In this document: piece by piece, positions 24,650 through 37,751 of the stretch
How the letters are laid out: every line of letters starts with the position of its first letter
Numbering within the stretch: the first letter of the stretch is position 1
DNA from: Octopus sinensis
Lineage: Eukaryota
DNA: 64,000 nt
Direction of reading: 5' to 3'
Assembly: GCF_006345805.1 (NCBI RefSeq)
Contig: NC_042999.1
Span: 28,334,001 to 28,398,000, forward strand
Position numbers and translations under genes: made by a program
The notes under the pieces: model-generated
Told to the model about the DNA's origin: nothing
What the model saw: only the letters and a program-made list of their open reading frames with translations
Databases searched by the model: none

Positions 24650-24835
24650 TAGCTTCTGCACGCATTTTTTTTCTCTCCTTGTTTGTATCCGTGTTTCTTT
24701 TCTGTGTATCTTTCTGTTGAAGAGCGTAGGCTCGAAACGTAAAAGACTTGTTTTATTTATATTCCTGAGCGCCATACTAATACAATTGTTTGTTTGTATT
24801 CCACCTGCCTTCGTCTTTTGTTTATTTTCATAAAG

Positions 24836-24838
<3 letters not shown>
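24650..24838 (+). mobile_element. Solo pLTR-like element with minimal type I hammerhead motif (24709-24746)
   Basis: tcttt-CTGTTGA-A-gagc(gtag)gctc-GAAAC-GTA-aaaga; related to 56230-56415; bounded by CA/TA microsatellites. Confidence 0.7.
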
Positions 24839-24879
<41 letters not shown>

Positions 24880-25053
24880 ATCACTAGTACTGTAGTCACC
24901 TTGAGATGCCACATTTTTTCAATTTCTATTAGCAAGTAATTATATTTACTGATCTTGTCAAATTCTTTCGCCGCTATATTGTGATCGCAAGGGATACTCA
25001 TGTCAATTAATAAACACCCTTTTATTTGCCTGATCTTTTATAATAATATTCGG

Positions 25054-25735
25054 TTTATTGGCTTTTATAGTTTTGTCGATATGTACGGTGATCTCCCTCA
25101 GTCACAGCTTCAGGATGGTGCTTATACCATTTGTCAGCGGTTTTGATTTTATAATGCCGACATATTGTCCAGTGTAAATACTGGCCAACTCTGTCATGTC
25201 TTACTTTATATTCTACGGGTGATAAGACTCTACACCCTGAGATTAGGTGGTCTATAGTTTCAATCTCATCGTTACATAATCGGCATTTTGGGCCATCTCC
25301 GTTTTTTATCACTTTGGCTTGGTAGTTCCGGGTTAATAAGCTTTGGTCTTGAGCAGCTAATATGAAATCTTCACTCACTGCGTTTAGCCCTGAGCTTCGT
25401 AACTATTGATGCGCGTATTTCTAGTTGACATCAGCATGTTTGCCGCGGGCCATATACTTGCTATGCAGAGGTTTCTGTTCACATCTACTAGCTAATTTTA
25501 TCATCTTTGCAAAGAAATTTTATTTGCAAAGAAATTTTATTTTCGTTACCAATTTCCCTTTCTTAAAAGTGACTTTGGCACACTTTTCAAGGCCAAACTC
25601 AAGTCCCGATATCATCACTGAATCCTTTCACAGTATGTAAGAGTCCTTCAAGCTCTTCATCATCTTTGCCATATAGTTTTAAATCATCCATATAAACTAG
25701 ATGGCTTATTTTCCTGTTGTCAATTTTGATATGTA
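25054..25735 (-). mobile_element. Internally deleted R4/Dong-clade fragment of a different subfamily
   Basis: YMDDLKLYGKDDEELEGLL..KCAKVTFKKGKL joined to QKPLHSKY..LRSSGL..AAQDQSL..CRLCNDEIETIDHLISGC..RHDRVG. Confidence 0.85.
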
Positions 25736-26711
25736 GATATCGACGATATCAGGGCGTGTATAAGTCTTGAAATAATTACAAAAGTCGATTCCCGGTGAGA
25801 ATGCGATTGATAAAGCCGTGGTAACGTGCATTTGTACGCACAAGTACATTAGCTGTTGCGATCGATACTACGGGTACACGAGAAAATTGCACGGGCAGTT
25901 TGCGCAAAAAGAGTCGTCTGGCTTGAAATAATTCCACAAAATGCAGTATATTTAAGAGACCAAAACATTAAGATGCAAAAGAGATATTTTCTTCAAACTT
26001 TGCATGAAGGAAGGAAGACTATTTAGTTTCTCAAAAAGTTTTTATTTTGCATTAACTTTGTTCAACAAAACCAAATATTTTATTGAAATAAAGGCATGCT
26101 TAAGGCTGCGCTCCACTAGCTTTTCCATGCCCTTGAAAATCCCGTAAAGTAAATTAGTTACTTGGTTCCCTAGATTGTTGCTTTTCATCAAAAATCGCTA
26201 CAGGTTGATTTCCTACACATTTTATCGGATAAACTTATTATTATTCCAGATACCTTCTCATAAATTCATCATTCTTTTCCATCTAAATTTACCTCCAGCT
26301 AACCCATTTGCATCCATCGTTTTTGTCCTGCTTTTCTTCCGTCAAACTGTACATAACTGAACCTACCATTTTTTGTTGTTTTTGTACTGCTTAAAGGCAC
26401 GTTTCTTTCCTGCCAAGTTTGCTGCTTAAACCATGTTTGTGTTCTCCCAGTTAACAGACTTAATTATTACTGGTACTTTAATCTCTTCGTTTGCATATTT
26501 GTGTGAATAAAATCGTTTTTCATTGGAATAGAGAAAAAGTCAATCTTTATTTCTTCTTTTGCTGGTGTCTCAAATTTAGGTTAAATCAGTGTTTCTCAAA
26601 GGGGAGGCCTATGGGACGGTCGGACAAGTTCTTTTTAGAAAATTTGGTTTAAATGTTTGACAACTCAGCACCGTCCATTAGACGGGGGGCAATTTTCCAT
26701 ATATATATATA

Positions 26712-26763
<52 letters not shown>

Positions 26764-26765
26764 AT

Positions 26766-26815
<50 letters not shown>

Positions 26816-26826
26816 ATATATATATA

Positions 26827-26984
26827 CTTTATTTAAAGCAGCAGAAAATTCAACAAAATCTGTTACTCTCAGTTTCTCGTTGCCGTTCATCAGACAGGTT
26901 TTGCTAGCCAAAACTGTCTCATGAACGGCAACGAGAAACTCAGAGTAACAGATTTTGTTGAATTTTCTGCTGCTTTAAATAAAG
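26827..26984. ncRNA. Spacer-less palindrome carrying two outward-pointing type I hammerhead motifs (minus 26854-26903; plus 26909-26957)
   Basis: Minus: caaaacctgt-CTGATGA-acg(gcaa)cga-GAAAC-tgaga-GTA-acagattttg; the plus copy has CTCATGA; arms mirror around 26905/26906. Confidence 0.75.
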
Positions 26985-27053
26985 CATATTACTCTACCAC
27001 TGGTATTTGAGTACTCTTTTTTCCACCTTGTTTCACATTTATGTGTTTACTCC

Positions 27054-27094
<41 letters not shown>

Positions 27095-27267
27095 AAATAT
27101 TTACATACATATATCATATATACACACATATATATATATTAACATACATATATTATATATAATTATATATTTTATATATACATATATATATATATAAATA
27201 TATAATTATATATAATATATGTATGTTAATATATATATATGTGTGTATATATGATATATGTATGTAA

Positions 27268-27320
<53 letters not shown>

Positions 27321-27391
27321 CCGGAGTAAACACATAAATGTGAAACAAGGTGGAAAAAAGAGTACTCAAATACCAGTGGTAGAGTAATATG
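26985..27391. repeat. Perfect 71-bp inverted repeat (26985-27055 / 27321-27391) around a (TA)-rich spacer
   Basis: catattactctaccactgg...gtttactccgg mirrored as ccggagtaaac...agagtaatatg. Confidence 0.95.
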
Positions 27392-27411
27392 TGTGTGTGT
27401 GTGTGTGTATG

Positions 27412-27459
<48 letters not shown>

Positions 27460-27474
27460 CACACACACACACAC

Positions 27475-27534
<60 letters not shown>

Positions 27535-28993
27535 TACTATATATACATTTTTATATACTTATGTATGTGTGTTTGTATATTTTCCGATACGAAGAACATG
27601 ATATTTTTTTCCAAACGCATATTTGCTGTTAGATCAGCAGTCATACTCGATAAATAACCCTTACGAGTCGGAAAAGTTTGTCAACAACCAGCCATGCATA
27701 CATACATTGATATGTTTGTATCTACATATGAAAAACAATATTACACATACCACATATCCTTGTATACAACACACACATATATATATCAGCATTCGATATG
27801 TAATGTTTTTCATAATAAAGTGAAGACGTTGAAATATAAATGACTAAACTTTATCTTGGAGTCTAAGTGTGTATTTAACCAAGGATGTTTAAAAACAAAG
27901 TAAGTCTTAAATCGCGAATTGAACGTAAACTCCAGACTGTCAAAAGAGAGAGCATCACACAATAAACCTTGCAGTATTAGTTATAGCCTTTTCAATTGGA
28001 ATCCCTCTAGATCAGGATTTTCCCTTTCATTCTTCCTGGAAATTGAATGGAATAAAAGCAAGCAAATACTGAGTTTGATATACAGTCCTTTGTTACTCAA
28101 CCCCTCCTCCTCCTCCTCCTTCTCCTCGTCATAATCATCATTAGCAGCGGAAGCAGCAACAATAGTAGCGCCGGCAATAACACCAGTTCCACTTCTACCT
28201 CCATAATCACTACCAGTCATACTATTACCGTATTCGCGACAGCTAGCGCCCTCAATCATCACTTATTAGCCCCACCACGACAAGCACTTCTACCAACGCG
28301 ATGACGACCACCAGCACCACCACCAAAACCATCTCCTCCACCTCCACCACTGCTACCACAACCGTAACAACAAGCACTACCATCACCACCACCACCACCA
28401 CCACCACCACCACCATCACCACCACCACCACCACTATATCTGACCTTGTGCCTATGTAAAATGTAATTATTTCGATTCTATCCATCATCTCTATCAATGT
28501 GTTGCCATTGGGGTATGTTTTTTGACAATGGTATCACAGAATGAGAAAAACTGAAACCAACCTGCTATTCAGTGGCTGATTTTCAGATGCTTAGCAATAC
28601 TATATGTTTATATATATGTAATATAACTGCGACGATTCTTCTTTATCACGTAGCAGACTTGAAATAAACAATTGTTGCAGCAAATAACATCTATCTAAAT
28701 CCAAATAGATACTATAAAAATCCGTTTCTTTTTTTTCCATCAGAACAAACTTATGTAATCAATTACATGCATTATAGAAAAACAAGAAATTGTATTGTTT
28801 AAAATATATATATCATGATTCTGCGTATGACCTTGTATTGTATAATGAGTATTGTTGGAAAATATATATCGATTATCTACCTCTCTATCCTATCAAGCCA
28901 CCTTAACTATAAAGATAACTGAACCCGTGAATGTATAAAATTGTGTGTGTGTGCGTGCGGGTATATATATATACATACATATATATATATATG

Positions 28994-29024
<31 letters not shown>

Positions 29025-31104
29025 CATAATGAAGGATAAAATTTTTTGGGAAAAAACATTTTTTCCGAAAAAAATCTTATCAATGGCCAGCATTTAAAAA
29101 AATACCTTTAAAGGTTAAATTTATAAACAATTCATAAGCAATTCATTGAATTGTATATATAAATATGCGTCTTTTTATGTTTTTGTGTGTTTATGTGTAT
29201 GTAGGAATGTATATTATTTTATATACGCATGTATGTAAACATGCGCTTAAACGATGCACACATAAGGATATTCAACATCAGTTAAGGGTTAATCCGTGCT
29301 GACACATACCGGTGTCTCACCATTTTCCACATCTCTTAATTTCGTTTCTAATAATGCCAAACAGCTGCAGAGGAAACGTCACAAACTGCTTCGAGGATAT
29401 GAAGAAATTTTTACAACTTCACCTTTACCGAATCTATGCTTAATACTCTTCTGGCAGAGGGAATTCCTGGGAAAATAGATATCAATCTGAGCTTGAGTGA
29501 GCGGCAGGATACTATACATAAATTAAGTCCGTCTTCGATGCGTTATTCCGTCTAGTGATCGGTCTTACAGCCTGCACACTAGGTACGTTGTTGTCTATTT
29601 TCAGATAAGTTTGCCACACCTATCTGTGGGTTAACTCCAAACACGTGCGTGCTCTTGCCCTGAGCATAGTTAAAACATTGACGAACATTCGACAAGCAGA
29701 GATATGATAATGTCACTTTAGGGCAGATGTTAAGAAATATTTGGTTAGTTACCTGTCATAGAATGCAGTATGAACGAGCTAATTCAAGCATGATAAAGTG
29801 TGTCAGTGTTACATTTGGACGCCTTAGATGATGGATTTATGAAGCTCGTAGCTATGGAAGCTCACCAGGTTATACTTGACATCTTCACATAGTCGAAATT
29901 TCAGTCAAATTGCATGAGGAAAATCGTGCGCCTGCAAAGGCACAACTGACATGGGAATCGCTGTGTCCTCTAGTAAATAGAGATCTCCTCCGTTAGAACC
30001 ATCCATGTGATATTAGGTTCGTATCGCTGGCTATGCTATAGACATGAAAATAAAACAGATGCTATCCATCACAAAAAGACAAACTGTTTTACTTCCAGTC
30101 GAGGGCAGCAAAGCATAGAGGTCGTGCATGAATAAAGTTCCCCGATACTAAGACTAAGGAAAATCTGAAAATTGTGGGCATTTATGAGTTCAGGTTTGAT
30201 TATGTGAATAACCTATTAAAGTGGAGATGAATTAGCTATACTACAGGCCAACATTTCGACATAGCATAACAAGGACATCTCAATGATAAACGCAAGAAGT
30301 AAAAACAGCAAGAAGTAACATTTGAGTAAAAAAAAAAAAATATGCAGGAGAGGGTTAGATCTGAGGAAAAATTTGAATGCCGACAGGACAAAGAGGAAAC
30401 TAAATACTTCTGCGAATTCATTTAAAAACCTTAGTAATTCTGCTGTTTTATTTCACTCGTGTGTGTGTGTGTGTGTGTGCGTGTGTTCATTTGTGCGCGC
30501 TTATGTGTGTGCGTGTGTTTGCAATATTTGAATTACATCGAGAACAATTGACGTGCTACATGGTGCAAATGAGACTGAGTTGCTTTCTGACAGAAATCTC
30601 TCTCATGCACCCACGCACAAAACCCATTTATGTCCATCATACTTTCTCGCTCTATATCCACACTTACAATATGGATACATCATTCAATATACTGCCAAAA
30701 TACCGCTAAAGATTTACCTAGGATTTTAACTAAAGACCTGTACCTTCATGGAAGTACCGTTCAACATCCATATTCTCTAAAAAAGGATGAGTTGTGAACA
30801 TTATTCTCCTGCCTATATTCTTCTAACTAACTTTAACTCTTTATTCTTCTATTTTATTCCTTGTAAACTGTGAATTTTATTCCTTGTAAACTGTAAATTT
30901 TCCCTGTTTAAAATATTCAGACTTTGTCTTTGATAATAGAAAACCCAGTGCGTGGACAATCCCAGAAACGGCTGTAAGACTTCAAATTTACCTTACCCTT
31001 ATTAAATTATTCTAAATGACTTGCGATCCTCGTTCTACCTTAATTTCGATTTTTCCTCTAATGTATGTATGTATGTATGTATGTATGTATGTATGTATGT
31101 ATGT

Positions 31105-31570
31105 ATGTGTCAGGTCACTTTCGAGTGCTACTGATAACATGTAACCCAGTACAACCTGTTGCATGGTCGGGTCGTCGGCGACTAAACCGGCGACTAAACC
31201 AAGCTTGCTTGGTGAGGAGGGTGTTTATTGGACACCCTGCGGGATGAAAAACAAAACCCGTCAAAGGGTGGAGGAACTCTTGAGAGTCAACGGCCATCCA
31301 ATAATTGTCTTAATACTGTATCATGCGCGGGGACATAGAAATAATCGGACTGAATACCCGATCGCGCGGTTAAACCATTGGGAGTGAAGGACTCCTAGCC
31401 TTTGTTAGGGCATCCTCCTAGGAGAAGGTAAGTCAGGTAACTGGGATGACTCCGATATAAAACCTGCGGCTCAGTGGCTACCGATGATGTTGACTTGTTC
31501 TTCTTTTCGGATTATGGCTGTTGTTGCTTAGTGAGTGGGATTGACTCTGTGCATAGCCTTTCCTCACTTA
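31105..31570 (+). other. GC-richer unclassified segment, possibly an RTE-type LINE 5' UTR derivative
   Basis: gggcatcctcctaggagaaggtaa resembles the gggcaaccagtctaggagaagg motif I recall from RTE 5' UTRs; no ORF follows. Confidence 0.3.
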
Positions 31571-31970
31571 AAAAAAAAAAATCTTCATGCACAGGCATTG
31601 CACGATAACAACATTGATTAAGCTTCGTGCAATGGCCATATTCGATAACGAGGGGGCAGCCACCATGTATGTATGTATGTATGTATGTATGTATGTATGT
31701 ATGTATGTATGTATGTATGAATGAATGAATGAATGTATATCAAGGTTCTAATGGTCGAGGATCTACAAGATTTAACCGATGTGGATCCGTAAGTGAGGAT
31801 ATAAGCAACTGCATTGTAAGCCACTGAATCTTGGTGCAGCCCGGATAATTTGTTTACTCCCGGGGGAAGAGATACCGTAATGAAAAAAAAATCGCCTCAA
31901 GGAAGCAGCTGAAATCCAATAATGGAATAATGTACGTCAGTGTAATCAATGAAAATTCAGATACTACACA

Positions 31971-32019
<49 letters not shown>

Positions 32020-33151
32020 GTGCGCGTACACAAATACACACACACACACAAAGAAAACGATTCAAGAAATAGCAGAATGATTGGGGTACTGGAATAAATT
32101 TGCATCACTATTTAGTTTCCCCACTAGTCCATTCTGTATTCAATTTCTCCTGCATATCTAACAATATTCCTCATTCTTTCAAAGTCGATATAACAAAAAT
32201 ATATTAATAAAAAATGATTATCAATAGAACACGTAGCAGGTAAAACGAAAAGTTGTAGGGATACAATACACACACGCACACTCACAGACACACCACACAC
32301 ACACACGCACACACAAATCACACACAAGCACACATACGCATATGTATGTGTGTATGTATGCCCCGCAAGAATTCGTGTGCTTGTGACAATGCAAGAATTT
32401 AATCATAAGAAACATAAATATGAAAGACACGTGAAGGAAAAACATCACTTTTGAAAATTTTCGTTTCAAATAGCGAATGCTTATTGTATTTTATTGCATT
32501 GTATTGGTTTTCCAAACTGAAATATTGTAAGGATGCCGAAGAAAGATTTCATTCATTAATACTTCGAAAAGCAGATTCACGAACAGAAAAAAAATTGAAC
32601 GTATACTTTTATACAGCACAGTCACGATAGATTCATAAAATCTTTATTGCTTTCTACCGCTACCAAATATAGCTTTCATATTTATGATGGAGGCTTAAAA
32701 CCTGAAACCAATGGTCTGTCAATATTCTACATTTAACTGTAGAAATTGATTTGAAACATCCATTTTCATTGGATATCAGTTTATCTTGAATGTATCTATC
32801 ATATTGCTATAGTTCGCCGGATCATCTTTCTATGAACGATTTCGTTTTAAATATGAGAAAGCGGCAGCAATAAACAGGAAAAAGTTATAAATATTTTAAG
32901 ACCTGACTTTGAGAGAGAATATAATAATGGATGATGCATATGAAGAAGTAGGCAGATATATGCGTTCTATATAATCGTTTTGTTCTAAGATAAAATAGGA
33001 GAAACCAATGAAAATCATTTATGATATTTTCAAGCCATTACATACTTATCGATAATTTAAAGCATCAACGATGGCATTCTTTCTTTCTCAGTCTTGGCTT
33101 TATTTTGTCTACAGCGTCGCCGCAGTTACACTTATACATATTCTCAAAGAT

Positions 33152-33189
<38 letters not shown>

Positions 33190-33202
33190 GTAGCAAAGTG
33201 AA

Positions 33203-33292
<90 letters not shown>

Positions 33293-34479
33293 TGTGTGTG
33301 TGTGTGTGTGTGTATGTATATATATTTACGAGACAGTGTTCTGAAAGTTTTAATAGTTTTCATTTCAAACAATTGCTGCACTTTTAGTGTTAACATCCCC
33401 AGGATCACTTCTGTAGAAAACGGTTTAAAAAATATCATTCCGAGACTATAATTAACATTTCCACCTTATTTAATCAGTGCTACAAGTTGTATAAATAAAA
33501 AAAAAAAAACTCACTTGAACTTAACTTTCACGGTTAGATAGACTGCTTGATTAGAAATATTGGTTAGTAAGTGATCATCCATGTGAAGTATTTCTATCCA
33601 GCTGTTAGACATAGTCCCAGAAGCTTGATGACAAGCAAATTAATATCATCTTCATTCTGATGAGTTACCTCGTATATAATACATGGAAAGCAATTTGTGG
33701 TATATTCAATTCAACGTGAAATTTTTCTCTAGGACGCTTTTTTTTAATGCGGCAGTTCATTAACACTTCTTATTCATTAGCTGGATATTATATGAAACGA
33801 AACAATTTCTTAAATTGTGTATATGTATATGTGTATATGCATACACGTATGCATATGCACATATATTCAGTATATCCAGGTTTCTGCGATCGATATGAAT
33901 TTATAATTTTTTTAGATTTTGAGTATTTTTATGGGAGGTTTTGGATCGTAGCAACCGCGGTAGTGGAGGGGTTTTTTGTGTGTATTTATATATCAAAGGT
34001 AGATCAGAAAAAAAAAACAACAAACGGAAACCGTCAAAACACGACATGCGGTAAAAATGACTATAGCGACAATGGCAAACAGGACAAAACAAGATACACG
34101 AATCATTCGCAGCCAATTGCATCTTCAGTCGGAGTCTGCAGTAATTTCGCCCACTTATTTCCGATACTGCTCAAAACCGGCGGCCCGAAGGGTTATTCGA
34201 CCATCGGACGAACGTAACATATAGAAGAGAATTATACATATACAATGGACAAACGCCATTCGACTATACAACAAAAGGAAAATAGTTATACAACTACAAC
34301 AAAAAGAAAACAAAATAAACACTGCCTTTCGACTATAAAACGAGTGTAGTAACCTCACGCAAGAAAAATTGGAATAGAAAATATTAACTGACCGAGCGGC
34401 AAGACAGAACAAAACACAAAAGACCTAACCGTCCTTGGGTTAATACAAAATTTGGTCTAATCCAGGGATAACTCAACTT

Positions 34480-34740
34480 TATGAATTTCCGTTACATTGC
34501 TCCCTTGCTTTTCGACACGTGTGCAATAATAATAGTGATGATATTTAATGTGGTTCGACGATTTAGAGTCTCCTTTCATCATATAGGCAAGAATTTTCTC
34601 TGTGACCTTAATTATAATTGTATTTATGATTTCACCTTAATAGGTCTATCTTTTTTTATATGGTGGCCAATGATGTACCTATATTATCCTTGTTATACTT
34701 GTTGCCGTTTGATGCAAGCAATACATCAACTTCGAGTCAC
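34480..34740 (-). mobile_element. Highly degenerate Penelope-like RT-thumb remnant
   Basis: Broken frames VDVLLASNGNK and ILAYMM..SNHIKY resembling PLE LDVLL..VYRK and RAY.IC..ELNHIK. Confidence 0.3.
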
Positions 34741-34979
34741 TCGTAAATTTTGAATGTTTTTACTGTATTTTCTTAAGAAAATATTAATATCCCCTGTCAC
34801 GTATGGACACTGTCATGCTGATGAGTAGTAAAACCTCGGTGTATTTTTAACCTTCAATGTGGGATTTGTCTCTGGTTGCATAAACTTTAAGCATTTAAAA
34901 AAATGTCAAGATCCCATGGAACCAAATTTCGGCCAACATTTGAGTCGAGCGAGAAATTTAACGGAAATAGTAACGTAGA

Positions 34980-36200
34980 TACTGTGTTTTAACCCGTATC
35001 AGAGAAAATATAGTACAACAAATGTCCAGCGAAGGAAAACCAAGATCAACAGGAACAACAAAAAGGATCATAAGAACAGCAGCAAGAACGAAAAAAAACT
35101 GTAAGGTAGAGATACAAGAAATGGAAAATTTCGAACGAAACAACATTTGCCGCTATAGCTATCACTACCACCGCTGCCACTATCGCCACGGTAGTACTCC
35201 CGTGCTGCGACCACGGCCACCACCACTATCATGTGATGTATAACCCTAAACCTACCACCAGATATAAAAGAGAGCAGTTTGTACGGTTATAAAACATTGT
35301 CTCAGAACACAACCACGTCGAGGATAAAACGCAAAATGATTTTCACGCATAAAAAATATGTTGTGCGTGTGTGGAAATACAATACCCACATAATTCGAGA
35401 AAAAATATGGCGCAGATGGACTGTGACTTAGGACAGATTCAAAATTTTTATTACAATCTAAAATACTTAAGAATGAAGAACTCTGCCTAACCTCAACTAT
35501 CGCGGCCAGAAATAACCATCACCTGGTTGTTATTTGCTTTCTTGACCGGTAGATATACCAAAAGAAATCTGGTAAGGGATAGGGAATGAGACTGGCCATA
35601 CAGGCAAATCAACAAAACAGAACTGACCAAACAGAACTTCCGGATGACTCCTACATGATGGCAGAAACGTTAGCACGCCGGGCAAAATGCGTAGCCGTAT
35701 TTCGTCTGCCGTTACGTTCTGAGTTCAAATTCCGCCGAGGTTGACTTTGCCTTTCATCCTTTCGGGGTCGATAAATTAAGTACCAGTCACGCACTGGGGG
35801 TCGATGTAATCGACTGAATCCGTTTGTCTGTCCTTGTTTGTCCCTTCTATGTTTAGCCCCTTGTGGGTAGTAAAGAAACAGACTCCTACATGATGTGAGG
35901 TTAGAGGAGAGCAAACAAAGGTACAACATATCTGGAGCTGTGGCACACTTAAAGGCGTTCTACTCTCCCCCACCACCAATGAGTCGGGAAAGAAAGTAGC
36001 ACCTGAAATGCGGTCACAACCTTTAAAACGAACAAGCGCACAAACAGTAGCAGACCCGAAACTGCAACACTAATACCAACAGAAGCAACGACATCGATGA
36101 TACGAAACCTAGACACAGGTAACACCCAACTCTTACGAAATCTGCGATAGCAGCAACAGAAAATATAACAATGGAACGCCCAACACCAACACAATACCAC
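34980..36200 (+). mobile_element. Degenerate LINE ORF1 remnant with decayed gag-type zinc knuckle, split by a SINE
   Basis: 35922-35963 reads YNISGAVAHLKAFY = C-x2-C-x4-H-x4-C with C>Y/S substitutions; ILKNEELCL motif shared with 6085-6100. Confidence 0.5.
35661..35880 (+). mobile_element. SINE family C (slightly 5'-truncated), 15-bp TSD
   Basis: TSD gactcctacatgatg at 35646-35660 and 35881-35895. Confidence 0.95.
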
Positions 36201-36296
36201 AGAATATGCTCTTCCCCATTTCAAATCACCCTTTACGTCAAGTTGTAAAGATAATCAGAAAAGAGAAGAGAAAGGGGAAAAAGCAATTACTAAACA

Positions 36297-36297
<1 letters not shown>

Positions 36298-36343
<46 letters not shown>

Positions 36344-36538
36344 CATCATCATCATTATTTTTTATTATTATTATTATCATCATCATCATCATCATTATTA
36401 TTATTATTATTATTATTATCATCATCATCATCATCATCATCATTATTATTATTATTATTATTATCATCATCATCATCATCAACATTATTATTATTATTAT
36501 TATCATCATCATCATCATCATTATTATTATTATTATTA

Positions 36539-36581
<43 letters not shown>
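36298..36581. repeat. Compound (TTA)n/(TCA)n microsatellite
   Basis: Direct reading. Confidence 0.95.
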
Positions 36582-36582
<1 letters not shown>

Positions 36583-36859
36583 GAAAGAGACAGGTGCAAG
36601 GAGAAATTCTGAACATGTTAACAAACGCTTTCTATGGCTTCAAAATCAGAAGGAATAAGCTTATATACCTACATACACATTCACTGCTACTTCATGACAG
36701 TGGTGTTTTATTCACTTTTGTATCGTTTTGGTTTCTTTTGTGCTGTGCACAGAATGTGTATTGTTTAGTTAATATCTATCGTCATCACAACAAGCGTGTA
36801 TATCATGCTAACCAAAACTGATGATAATATAATTCCTGGCTGCATTATAAATTAGTTTC

Positions 36860-37035
36860 AAGTTTTGGCACAAGGTCTGTAATTATTCAGGTGGGGTTGG
36901 TCGATTATTGGCCTCCAGTACTCAACAGGTACTTATTTTATCGACCTCAAAATGCTGAAAAGCAAAGTGAATCTCGGTAGAATTTGAACTCAGAAAGTAA
37001 GGAGCGACGAAATGCCGCTAACGATTCTGTGTTCC
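36860..37035 (-). mobile_element. Old family-C-related SINE
   Basis: tacttatttta-tcgacc..aaaagcaaagt..ctcggtagaatttgaactcagaa..gaaatgccgctaa. Confidence 0.7.
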
Positions 37036-37244
37036 TCTCTTTCAACAACTGCGAAACATTCTGCCAGGAATCTCACCACCTTTTACATATCTCACAGCAG
37101 ACTATTGACCTTCTTACGATTTCTCTTCTCCACTAGCATTTTAACATGCTTATACACACACGCACATTCGAAAACACACACACACAGACTCGTAAATATA
37201 TATATAAGTCGGGATTCTTTCACTCTCCGTCTACTAGTTCCATT

Positions 37245-37372
37245 CAGAAGGCTTCCATCTGTCCTAAGCTATAGAAAAAGACACTTGCCTAAGTTGCCCC
37301 ATGGAGGGATTGTACCCGGAACCATGTGGTTGGGAATCAAGTTTCTTATCAAACAGCTACGTCTGCTCCTAT
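37245..37372 (-). mobile_element. Old SINE family A head
   Basis: gacacttgcctaag..ggaaccatgtggttgg..acagctac-tctgctccta matches the reverse complement of 4747-4850. Confidence 0.7.
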
Positions 37373-37414
37373 ATACGCATATATGTATATGTATGTATGT
37401 ATGTACGTATGTAC

Positions 37415-37480
<66 letters not shown>

Positions 37481-37658
37481 TATATATATATTGAATGAAA
37501 TAGAGAAATACCATTGACAAACTAACAAATTATTTACATTACAATATAGTATAACAATCTATAAAAATTGTAATAAATTAAAAAAATATATAAAGCCAAC
37601 ATCCCTTGAAGGAATTGTTTTTCTCTAATTGTTTTATAGTGTTCGTGTGTGCATCTGT

Positions 37659-37696
<38 letters not shown>

Positions 37697-37751
37697 CATA
37701 CACATATACACACGCACATATAATAATTAAGGTGGCTAGACGAAAAAAGCA

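Noticed and set aside
28075-28460. Hydrophobic run followed by Ser/Thr-rich frames (mucin-like)
   Set aside because: No start codon, stops and frame changes; explained by degenerate (CTC)/(CAC)/(AGC) triplet repeats.
29780-30060. Possible RTE LINE 3' coding remnant (LTWESL..NRDLL)
   Set aside because: Similarity too weak to assign without an HMM search.
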